Assembly: GCA_035084275.1 (NCBI GenBank) | Contig: CM068746.1 | Coordinates: 3,782,001-3,846,000 of the forward strand | Length of the DNA stretch: 64,000 bases | Direction of reading: 5' to 3' | Origin: Hydrolagus colliei | Taxonomy: Eukaryota | Shown here: positions 27,713 through 38,510 of the stretch, in pieces | How positions within the stretch are numbered: the first letter of the stretch is position 1 | How the letters are laid out: each line of letters opens with the position of its first letter | Notes under the pieces: model-generated | Told to the model about the DNA's origin: nothing | Seen by the model: the letters and a program-made list of their open reading frames with translations, nothing else | The model's database searches: none | Made by a program: the position numbers and the translations under genes

Positions 27713-28392
27713 TACATGCTTTCTAAGCTAATTGGCTAGTATTAGATTTTTTGTTGAAAATAAACTACTGTTATGTATTTGAGATAGACTAATGCTAACA
27801 TCAAAAGGGAAAGTACCTATAGTGTAAGTGGAATACACAAAAAGACAGCAGGGTTTACAGTAACAATCCATTAGAGACTTAAACTGTACTCTCATTGAAT
27901 GTTTGCTCTTTGATGGATCGTGTCACTCGTGTGACTGTTCATACCTGCACCCTGCTGATCTATGGGTTGAGTAATGGTGTCATAAATCCTGATTTCTAAT
28001 CATACCCCTGATCCACCAAGCGCTGCCCTTGAGGTCAGCTATCTCATTCAAAACCCAAGTGCACGTGACATACTAAAAGAGAAGACATTGCACACACCAC
28101 AATGATCTTTTTGAGGGCATCAAAGAACAGACAAGAGAATGATAGGAGTGGAACTTGACATGGTCGATGTACACCACAGATTGATTGACTGTCGGCATTT
28201 CCAGAGTCGACAAGACCCAATATGAAATAGAATTTAGTAAATGTCTTTTTATATACATTTGTGGCAATGGATGAGGCTGTTAAGACTGCTTGCTGACAGT
28301 GCACATGGACCCAGCCAGTACCGTGTCCAATCCACAGAAATTACCTCCCGATGATTGGAAAATAAGATGTTTTCCAACACTGCGCGTACCTT

Positions 28393-28913
28393 ACTATTAA
28401 TAATCCTTGCATTTGATATAGCGCTTTTCACGTCTTCTAGACATCTCAAAGCCTTTCACAGAGTATACCGTAAAACAGCGGCTTCCAAACTTTGAATAGC
28501 AGCGTCCTCCCTAACTCAGTAACGTCTATATTGCGCCCCCCCCCTCCTCCTTTACACTCGGCTCTGCGCACTCGGGTCCGCCTTGGCTCCTCACGCACTC
28601 GGGAACTCGAGACTCTAAAGCTCCGCGCTCCCCCAGCCAGCGGTACGGGCCCCCCCAAGGGAGGCGAGCTCCACAGTTTGGAAACCTCTGCTGTAAAGTG
28701 AATTGACTGTATATTTGTGGGCTAAACGCAGTAGTCAATTGCACAGAGCAGTGCCCCACAAACAGTCATGGATTGAAAATGACCAATTTATTATTGCTTT
28801 TTTGATGGGATTATTATTACTATTAAGTGTAAGGAAACCGGCCATCGCCTGGAATTGAACCCAGGTCTCTCGCTTGCAAGGTGAGTTCTCTAAACACTGG
28901 TCTACAGGACGCC
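28393..28913 (-). mobile_element. SINE interrupted by a hAT MITE
   Basis: Tail at 28393-28475; the body resumes at 28691 (ctgtaaagtgaattgac) and runs to the head at about 28913. Confidence 0.88.
28476..28690. mobile_element. hAT (Charlie-like) MITE, 215 bp
   Basis: TIRs CAGCGGCTTCCAAACT and CAGAGGTTTCCAAACT; 8-bp TSD ccgtaaaa / ctgtaaag derived from the host SINE. Confidence 0.85.
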
Positions 28914-29511
28914 ACAAATTATCTCAATCACGACTCTGAATTCCATATACTGTACCTGTACAGGCCAAGGCTTGACATTTGGAGATCTTTAACATTTCTT
29001 TCTTGTGTATGGTGTCGCCCCTGCCTGATCTTTTAGATTCTTAAATGTTTCAATCTGTTCCCAGGCAGAGAGTGATAGCCGCTGTGATTGGGGGGAGAGG
29101 GCTATTGCTGTACTGTACTGCCATTCACACCACAGCCATTATTTAGAAAAGATTAAGACTCGACACACGTGAACTGCGCCACTGGTATAGTGCGGTACCT
29201 GACAACTTCAAACATTCAACATGATAAAAACAAATTATTTAATTTTTCTCAACAGGTTAGATCTATCGACAATTAGTAAACTGGAGTTATGACTATTGTT
29301 AGCAATAATAAAAATCAATGCATTTCACATAACACCATTCACATCAGGAGCATGTCTGAAAGTGCTTAATAAATACCTTGTACACCATAAAATAATCCCT
29401 AAAAAAAATAATAATAATAAATTGGTCATTTCGATCCACAACTGTTTGTGGGACACTGCTGTGTGCAATTGGCAGCCGCGTTTCTCCCACAAATATACAG
29501 ACAGTTCACTT

Positions 29512-29905
29512 TACAACAACAACAACAACTTTGATGTATATAGCGCCCTCCACGCTGGACGGCGTCTCAGAGGGCTTCACAGTAACGGATCCCGGGACCG
29601 AGCCAGGGGCAGGGGGTAGAAAGGTGACCAAAGGCGCGGTCGAAGAGAACGGTCTTTAGCTGTGAACCTGAAGCTGGGAAGAGAGGGGGCGAGGCGAAGG
29701 GAGTGAGGGAGGGAGTTCCAGAGCCTCGGGGCGCGGTGGCTGAAGGCACGGCCACCGAGGGTGGAGCGGAGGATTCGGGGGGACATGGAGGAGGCCAGAC
29801 CCGGTGGAGCGAAGGCAGCGGGTGCTGGTTTGGGGAGAGAGGAGATCAGAGAGATAGGGGGGTGCAGAGGAGTGGAGGGATTTGAAAACAAGGATGAGGA
29901 TCTTG
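29512..29905 (-). mobile_element. Young L2 LINE 3' end nested in a plus-strand SINE (about 29385-29972)
   Basis: ORF 29577..29891 contains STLGGRAFSHRAPRLWNSLPHSLRLAPSLPSF (L2 ORF2 C-terminus); CpG-rich; near-copy at 60815-61045. Confidence 0.88.
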
Positions 29906-31044
29906 TTAATCTACGAAGCGCTTTGAGACAACTAGGAGCACCATATCAAATGCCAGGATTAATATTATTATTACAACAACATTTCCCTAGCCGTTTTTCA
30001 CAAGGTAGCAAGTCAACAACTGAAATATTATCCGCCACTTCACAAATCTACATTTCTCTCTAATCCTCATTTTAGCGCTCACGTTTAAAAAAACATCAAT
30101 AATGGAGGTTACTTTTACTCTGGTTGTCAAGAGAATTCAGATCTATTTGGTACACGTTTAGAATTTGTACTGGTATTTTTTAGCAATCAGAATAAATTGG
30201 ACACCAATTTTCAAATGCTTTAGCCGATCGCTTTTTGTGCCGTAGGAGCTGAATCTCAAGTAATCACACTGCAACAATGATTCATTCAGCCAATTCGATG
30301 CAAAGATATTTTGTGCTTTTTTGTTCTGCCTAGGGATCACTACTTATTTTGTCCTGCATTGGAAGAGTTCAATGGCAGGTTGAGACCAAAGATTTTAAGG
30401 CGACTGCAAGCAGCCAGGCAAGCCCGCAGTGCTGTTAATGTTAAGTATATTTCGCAAATAATTTCCAGAAAATAAATGACTGCTCAAAGAAATTCTACCA
30501 CATCCCTAACAAACAAACAGCAACAACAAAATTACATTTATAGAGCGCCTTTCACATCGGGAGGACGCAAAACACAATCTAAGATTTTATTTCTTTAAAT
30601 GCCAGTTCGCCTTGGCTTGCAATTGCCAAATGTAATGTAGAACATCTTTTCTTTTGAAGATTCATAAATGTGGATGACAAATGTAATCGTTTCACATTTT
30701 TTGCAACTTAGCCATGCTGGAATCAAATTTTGATTTGATGATCAGGATCAAAAAGAAAATGCCCCATTTTTGCAATGAAATGTTAGAATCAATATGTGGA
30801 ACTGTTGATAATGGAAACGTACTCCTAAGAACCATTGGTTTTCCAGTAAATGTAAGCTTTAGTAGAGTTGAAAGGGCTGAACTGATTTCATAACCCATTT
30901 TCCATTACATATCGTAATTATCATAATCAGAGAAAGATGTGGCATAATTATCAAGGGTTAAACACATCACTGAAAATCCACAAAACTTAAACATTTGCAT
31001 TGTGGAGTCCTGTAGCTCAGTGATTAGAGCACTTGCCTTACAAG

Positions 31045-31368
31045 AATAATAATAATAATCCTTGCATTTGATATAGCGCTTTTCACATCTTAGCGACGTC
31101 TCAAAGCACTTCACAGAATATACTGTAAAGTGAATTGACTGTATATTTGTGGGTGAAACGTGGCAGTCCAATTGCGCACAGCAGTGTCCAACAAACATTC
31201 GTGGATTGAAGTGACCAATCTTAATTATTGTGGTTTTTTGGGGGAGGGATTATTATTAGGCATGTGTGTGGAGTAAGGAAACTTGCCCAAGGTTTTGTCC
31301 TGACCTGCCTGGATTTGAACACAGGTCTCACGCTTGTCAGGCGAGTGCTCTAACCACTGAGCTACAGA
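31045..31368 (-). mobile_element. Full-length SINE, preceded by an isolated plus-strand SINE head (31003-31043)
   Basis: ggagtcctgtagctcagtgattagagcacttgccttacaag directly abuts the antisense tail aataataataatccttgcatttg. Confidence 0.9.
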
Positions 31369-31900
31369 CCTTTGACACCATGGACCATTGAATGCTCCTC
31401 CACCACCCTTCCTCTCACCTCAACCTTCAAGGTTCTGTCCTTGTCTGGTTCAGGTCCCATCTCTCACATCGTGTCCATTTTGTTTCTGCCAACGGTTTCT
31501 CTTCCAGCCCCCGCACTGTCTACTGCGATGCCTCTCAGGGCTCTGTCCTTGGTCACCTCCTCTTCACCCCTCTACAATGCTCCCGTTTTGTGGCATCATC
31601 AGCAGACATGGGCTAAATTTCCACATGTACGCGGACGACACCCAAATCTATCTCTCTGACTCCACTCTCAATTCCAGGACAATTGACATGCTGACAGACT
31701 GTTTGTCAGACATCAAGTCCTGGATGAGAGACAACTTTCTATGGCTGAACAGCAGCGCGACCGAGGCCCTCATGATTGGCTTGCGTCAGTGCCTCCACAC
31801 CTCAGGCACTAGCAGCATCAGCATTCATTGATGGGACACTCCACCTCACCAAGCCAGCAGTCAGAACTCTGGCTGTCTTGGTCTCATTTCAAGATTTTAG
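31369..31900 (+). mobile_element. L2 LINE reverse-transcriptase fragment (frameshifted)
   Basis: [11 protein letters not shown] and [22 protein letters not shown]...LTDCLSDIKSWMRDNFLWLN, including the YADD catalytic motif. Confidence 0.9.
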
Positions 31901-32448
31901 TGGACAACACAATCTCTAACACTTGATAGAATCGTAGAATCCTACGGCACAAAAGGAGGCCATTCGGCACATCGACTCTGCGCCGGCTCTTTAGAAAGAG
32001 CAATTTAATCCCATTGTAAGGCAGATTCAATTTTGTGGACCTCCAAACTGCTGCCTTACAAAAGGTTTCTCCTGTAATGCAAACACAGGTATATCAAAGG
32101 AAAGTAAACAGGCACAGATAAAGGTTGTGTTGGTAGAAATTGTTGCAAGCGTGAAAGAGACTAAAAGGATTAAAGTGAAGTCTTAGCTAGGCAGAATTAG
32201 TGCACCACAAAGGTCATCTGGAGCAGAAATAACTGATACGGTGCATGAGTTCTCGCATTAGAGGACTTGTAGGGATTGCTGGATTTAGGAAACATATTGG
32301 TAAACTGCAGCATCACACTGCTGCCCTCAATACTGATGCATCTGGCAGCCACTGAAAGGATCGTACTGTTTTCAATTGGGACAAAGAAAACCCTTTTCAC
32401 AATCCCTTCTAATGTTGTAGTAGGTTTCACCGAAAAGCAAACTCTTAC

Positions 32449-32524
32449 CTCATACACATTGAACTGCGACTGTCCTCTGGACAATTCTCTGTAACTGGTA
32501 GTGAACTCTCCGATAAAATCGTGG
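32449..32524 (-). CDS. CPNE8: Copine exon 5 of 9, 76 nt
   Basis: tttggcag|C CAC GAT...TAT GAG|gtaag, giving [25 protein letters not shown]; also visible inside ORF 32197..32577. Confidence 0.95.
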
Positions 32525-33074
32525 CTGCCAAAACACAAATACAATATCATGTTGAAGCTTTGGTGCACAGAACGCAATCTCCAGATAAATACAGGTCAAG
32601 AACAGCTAACTGCTGTGCGGTGAACGTTTTGCTTTCCTGAGCCGATGAGTAAGAACCAAGTGAAACATTCTAATTGCTCTAACACAGCACTTATCAATGG
32701 AAAAATAGGAGGAAAGGCTTCACAAACGGAAAAACTAAAGCCCTGTCCTTAATACTGAGACAATCTCTCGTGTTAATTCAAATCAGTGAAGTACCCGTGA
32801 ATCCCGAAGGCTGATCATTTCTAAATTTCATCAATGATGAATAATAATCCTTGCATTTGATAAGAGTTCCATATCGCGTCTTCGAGGCGTTTCGAAACAC
32901 TTCACAGGAAACACTGTAAAGTGAATTTACTGTACATTTTATGAGGGAAACGTACTCAAGTGGCAACGAAACATCAATCGCAAACTGATGGTTAAGCATT
33001 CTTATGTGCTATCAAGACTCATTGAAGAAGCTTCAACCTATACTCTACCCTCGACTCCAGGACAACTACTATCC

Positions 33075-33945
33075 TGAGGACTGTCTGCCGGACATCAAGT
33101 CTTGGATGAGAGCTAACTTTCTACAGTTCAATGTCAACAAGACCATGGCCCTCCTGATTGGCTCGCGCCAACCTTCACGGTTGCTCACTCGACCTCACCA
33201 AACCAGTCAGGAACCTAGGTGTCTTATTCGACCCTCAACTGTCTTCCCTCCTCGACATCCAAGCAATGACTCGCTCTGCCTTTCTTCATCTCCGCAACAT
33301 TGCCCGACTCCGCCATTACCCCCAAGGCCACTGAAACCCTCCTTCATGCCTTCTTTGCATCCCGGCTTGACTATGCAAACGCCCTGCTTGTCGGCCTCCC
33401 CAATTCCTCCCACCACAGGCTGCAGATAATCCAGAATTCTGCGGCCCGTGTCCTCCACCACTCCAAGCTTTGTGACTCCATCTCTCCCATCCTCACCCGA
33501 TTCCACTGGCTCCCCATCATCCAGAGGATTCAATTCAAGATCCTGGTCCTCACATTCAAAGCCCTTCATGGCCTCGCCCCATCCTACATCCTCAACCTCC
33601 TAACCCCCTACCAACCTGCCCGCCCCCTCCACGCAGCGGGCTCCGGCCTGCTCCGTGTTCCCCGACCCACCCACCTCACCATTGGCAGGCGATGCTTTAG
33701 CCACGCTGCCCGCAACCTCTGGAACTCCATCCTGCGGTCCCTCCACCTCGCTGCCTTCCCTGGCCTCCTTCAAGTCGAAGCCTCAAGACTCTCCTCTTCA
33801 ACCGTCCCATCTCCAAATCTATTATTTTCCCTCCACCCAACCCTGTCCCCAGCTCGGGTCTGACACAATGACTGTCCAGCGCCTTGCGACCTCCTCCTGA
33901 CGTGAAAGGCGCTATACAAGTGTCATTTTGTTATTGTCGTTATTG
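33075..33945 (+). mobile_element. L2 LINE 3' portion (ORF2 C-terminus plus tail)
   Basis: DCLPDIKSWMRANFLQFNVNKT; ETLLHAFFASRLDYANALLVGLP...LQIIQNSAARVL...HWLPIIQRIQFKILVLTFKALHGLAPSYI; tail gcgcctt...aaggcgctatacaagtgtcattttgttattg. Confidence 0.93.
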
Positions 33946-34344
33946 TAAATAGGCTTCTGAAACTTCTATATCTCACTAGGAGTTCATTCCGGCCCAAACA
34001 CCATGAACATTGTGTGTCCAACATGGTTTTCTCTCTGTAATTGTGATTTCTTTACTTAGTTAGCATACTCACTGTATTCCACTATTAAACGAGTCAAGAA
34101 GGGCTGCAAGATTATATGCATGAATGTTATTTGGACAGATCTTGCACTGATATTCTTTCATACTGAATATATCTTGTCCGACTGAATTTCAGTATGAATA
34201 GCTTTATCTAGAAGCCGGAAACTGCTCCCCCACTAAATCTATATTATTACAAATGAGACATGGTCTCCTTGCAACTTGTTTCGATATCTTAAACTTATTA
34301 ACGTAATTTTATGTGGTTTAACTGTGTTTAGCAGAAATGTACAA

Positions 34345-34660
34345 TATAATAATAATCCTTGCATTTTGATATAGCACTTTTCAAGTCTTCTAAATGTCTC
34401 AAAGCGCTTCACAGAATATACTAAAGTGATTTGACTGTATATGTGTGAGTGAAACGCGGCAGCCAATTGCGCACAGCAGTGTGCCACAAACAGTCGTGGA
34501 TTGAAATGACCAATTTATTCTGAGTTTTTTTTGAGGGATTATTATTAGGCATGTGGAGTAAGGAAACTTGCCCAAGATTTCGCCCTGACCTGCCTAGACT
34601 CGAAACACAGGTCTCACGCTTGTTAGGCGAGCGCTCTAATCACTGAGATACGGGACTCCA
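34345..34660 (-). mobile_element. Full-length tRNA-derived SINE
   Basis: Complete antisense copy ending cactgagatacgggactcca. Confidence 0.92.
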
Positions 34661-35921
34661 CGATTGCCAATTAACACAAATTTATAAACTCACACCATCT
34701 CAAAATTCTATCTTGATATTTAAGTTTAATATGGAAGGCAGAGCTGAAGAATGCCCCATTGAATCTCAGCCCAGTTCTCCATTAATATCCCAATTTGCCA
34801 GTAAATTTTCAGATTCCTGTCATATTACACGATCTCTGAGACAAGACTGGGTGATTATTCACTCCGCTAGACCCTGAATGTCATTATGGAATCCCAACTA
34901 ATTGCTCATTGTAGTGATATAGGAGTTTACTCCTACACGCACTATGAAGCTAAGCTATAACATGACCAGAATACATGCAGGCATAACTGTATGTGACAAT
35001 CACAGTAAAGCTATTTATATGGCATGGCTACAGATAGAACGCCTTTGATGTGCATATAGCATTGTACAAAAATTTATGAAGCAGTTACAAGTCTTACAAC
35101 CTATGATGCAAGAGAAAGATAATTCGCGGATAACTGCCTTTCTAACGCACCTTACACCTTAGACAGAAGTGAATTTGAAGTCAGGTTTTATAAGAGGTTG
35201 CAGTCAAGAGATAAGCAAACAATCGAGGTGATTCATTCTTAGGAAATATGTTATCATACGATTTGCTGTCCTTTTTTTATGCATTTACCATGTACATTTT
35301 ATGCTTGGGAAAATAAAGGAAGAATTAAAAGGTTTAAAAATGTTATTCTAAGACATAAGAAATATTGAGTTTAATATTTAACAAAGGGGATCTATAGATT
35401 TTTTATTAAAAAAACCTAAAGAAGAAGCGAAAGTTGGCAACACACATTGCCAGTTGCTTTATTATGGTTTCTGAACTGAGGATAGATAGCTTGTCAGATT
35501 GGTAAACTGGAAATTATCACAGTACTATATTTGGAACAGGCTGCAGTAGAGAATAATAGTACTTCAAAAAGTCTGACTTCACATGGATTGTCTTCCCGAA
35601 CAAGCCACAAATCTATATTTAGTAACTTTGTTCTATTTTCTGAATCTTTACTACAGAGTGCAATTCATTACACAGCAAGAGGTAGTGCGGGATATGAATC
35701 ATGCATTTGCCGTTTGATGGATGCTTCTCTCGCAGAAGCTTTATCCTCTGCTACCAAAGTTAGTGACCTGAGAATATTCACAAGATAATGAACACCCTGG
35801 AAAATGTGACACTATATATTTCATAAATGTTGTCACACGATAAGACCCCACATCTTCCAAGGAAAGCGATTCTCTTCCCGCTTTGTGTCATCAGGTTGTG
35901 GCCAGAACAACAGAGGTAACA

Positions 35922-36283
35922 GGTGGTTACTAATGGTTAGAGCACTTGCCTCATAAGTGAGAGGATCTGGGTTCAATTCCCAGGCAGGGTGAAACATTGG
36001 GCAATTTTCCTTACTACAAACACCTCTGTTATCTAGCAGTAAGTAGGAACCTGGTTGTTAGTCGATTAATGGATCACGTTTCCAGGGGTAGTTATGACTT
36101 TAAAAAAATTATTTGGTCATTCAATCCACGACTATTTGTGGGACACTGCTGCGCGTAATTTGCTACCACGTTTCGCCCACAAACTATACAATCAATTCAC
36201 TTTACAGTATATTGTGTGAAATGCTTTGAGATGGCTTGAAGATGTGATAAGGCGCTATATCAAATGCAAGAATTATTATTATT
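35922..36283 (+). mobile_element. SINE long variant retaining the full CORE-like segment
   Basis: After ttgggcaattttccttactac it continues cctctgttatctagcagtaagtaggaacctggttgttag, which most copies lack. Confidence 0.85.
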
Positions 36284-36554
36284 AAATATCACTAGCAGCA
36301 AGGCAATTCTCATTTAAAAAAACTCAAGAAGCGTGAGATATAAAAATGTGTTGGGTGTGTATTAAAAGCAATTAACATTTCAAAATTATATCTGTAATAT
36401 ATTTTTATGCATTGTTAAGCATTATATATACAGTACTGTACTTTGTTTTGGAGGATGAGACTCTTAAGTTATTGTCTTTCGCTTTGACCCACTGGAGTGA
36501 TGGTGGAGTGGTGGTTGACATTAGCTATCAAAAGGGAGCTGGATTATACCAATT

Positions 36555-36871
36555 GACATCCTGTAGCTCAGTGCTTAGAGCCTTACTCGCCTTATAGGCA
36601 AGAGACCTGTGTTCGATTCCAGGCAGGGAAAAACCTTGGGCAACTTTCTTCACTCCACACGCTGAATAATAATCCCTCAGAAAAACCCCAATAATAAATT
36701 GGTCATTTTCAATCCATGACTGTTTGTGGGGACACTGTTGTGTGCAATTGGCTGCTGCATTTCGCCCACATTATATAGTCAATTCACTTCACAGTATGTT
36801 CTGTGAAGCGCTTTGAGACATCTAGAAGATGTGAAAAGCGCCCTATCAAATGCAAGGATTATTATTATTAA
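36555..36871 (+). mobile_element. Full-length tRNA-derived SINE
   Basis: tcctgtagctcagtg...gttcgattcc...tgcaaggattattattatta. Confidence 0.9.
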
Positions 36872-37416
36872 TTCCCCAAGTTCAATGTTGCTGTCCCGGC
36901 TTGACAAACAACAACAGCAACAAATTGCATTTACATACTGTAGTACCTATAGTGTCAGGAGGATATTCCTAAGCAATGGACAAACATTGGGGTGTTTGCA
37001 GCCACGCTTTGGGTTGGGATGAGAGAGATGGGTGCACGGAAAGGGGGATGGATCAATGTTGGTCAGGGATCTGCTCCCATTCAGTGTAATCAGAATCATC
37101 TGCATTGCTAAATTGCCCTTAATCTTTAGTATTTAATATAAATGAGCAAAATATAGCTTTGAAACCTTTAATATTGCAATATAATTCATGATACATATAT
37201 CCGTATAACATTAAGATTATAATATATATAGGGTCCTACAAGGATTTTGCGTTTGTGATAAAGGAAACAGAGCTACATTGTGTTGATACATTTTCAATGA
37301 TGAGCAAGAACGTTCATTTAATGACTACAGTTACCAACAGATCATGTAGCAGGGGGAATCTCACAACAAGTAATAAATAAACAGCAATGGAGAGGGAAAT
37401 AAAAGGAGAATTCTAC

Positions 37417-37458
37417 CTTCCATCTCTGTCCCAGTCATAGACTTCCATTTTAATAGTT
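37417..37458 (-). CDS. CPNE8: Copine exon 4 of 9, 42 nt
   Basis: tcttgacag|A ACT ATT...GGA AG|gtagaa, giving TIKMEVYDWDRDG(S), the C2B Ca2+-binding loop. Confidence 0.93.
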
Positions 37459-38369
37459 CTGTCAAGATAAGTTTAAACAGAATCAGATACATTTATATTA
37501 TACGTACTTTAATTAACAGCAAATTGCCATTTCTGGAATATGTACATGGCTGTCATAAAGCACACATATTTTTGCTAGATGATATTTATTGCACATGACA
37601 TTTATAAATTAATCATCTCGTATGGTCACATTAGGTCACAAGAAAGAACATTTTCACAGGCCCCACACAATACTGTATTCAATATTAAAGCCAAACAAAT
37701 CATTATCTTGGTGGAAATTTGACAATTAAACATTGGGGAGGCAAGGCGGGTAACCGGACTGAGGCAGCGACCGTTTTCAATCGCAACTGAGATGTTTTGC
37801 AATCAGACCAAATCATTTGTCAGAAAGGTCACCCTTCCTTCACTAATGGCTATTAATGGTCACTTGAGAAATGAGTAATAGCATTCTAAATATAGACTGA
37901 AATGCAGGCTGTGTGAAAAAAATAACATTGAATAAGTCACGCAGTTACAGCAAATGTACTTTGAACATGTAAAAATTTGAATCTCACCTCAACAGCAAAT
38001 TGGACGATTTCAAGGTTAGCAATTAGGATTATGTCAAACTAATTCCAGAAACTATGAGAGAGCATCACACTTTTATGCCACCTAACATCCTTGCTTGGGG
38101 ATCACTGTGGCGAGTTCGAGCTCAGAATCATTGAAAATCCCCAAAAAATCTATCAAAATGTGAATTTGTTTTATCATACTTCATCTCAGGTCGTCCTTTC
38201 ATTTCAGTACAGAACCCAATATCCACACTATTTGGCAACCAGGCCATTATGGATATACTGTAAAAGCATTACAGATACCAGATATTTGTGTGACTGTATG
38301 TGTGCATCTCTCGCAATCTCTCTTTGCTCCCGAATTCTCCCACCCACCCATGCAATCCCTCCCTCCATG

Positions 38370-38510
38370 ACATTTATTTGGGAAGGACGGGTTTGCGCGG
38401 TTATGGGGAGAGAGCTGGGAATGGGATTGAATTGCTCTTTTCAAAGAGCCGGCACAGACTCGATGGGCCAAATGGCCTCCTTTTGTGCCGTAAGATTCTA
38501 TGATTCTATA
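38370..38510 (+). mobile_element. CR1 3' tail
   Basis: gatgggccaaatggcctccttttgtgccgtaagattctatgattctat. Confidence 0.85.

Noticed and set aside
34148-34198. 11-bp inverted repeat ttcatactgaa / ttcagtatgaa
   Set aside because: Short and AT-rich with no TSD; could occur by chance in 64 kb.
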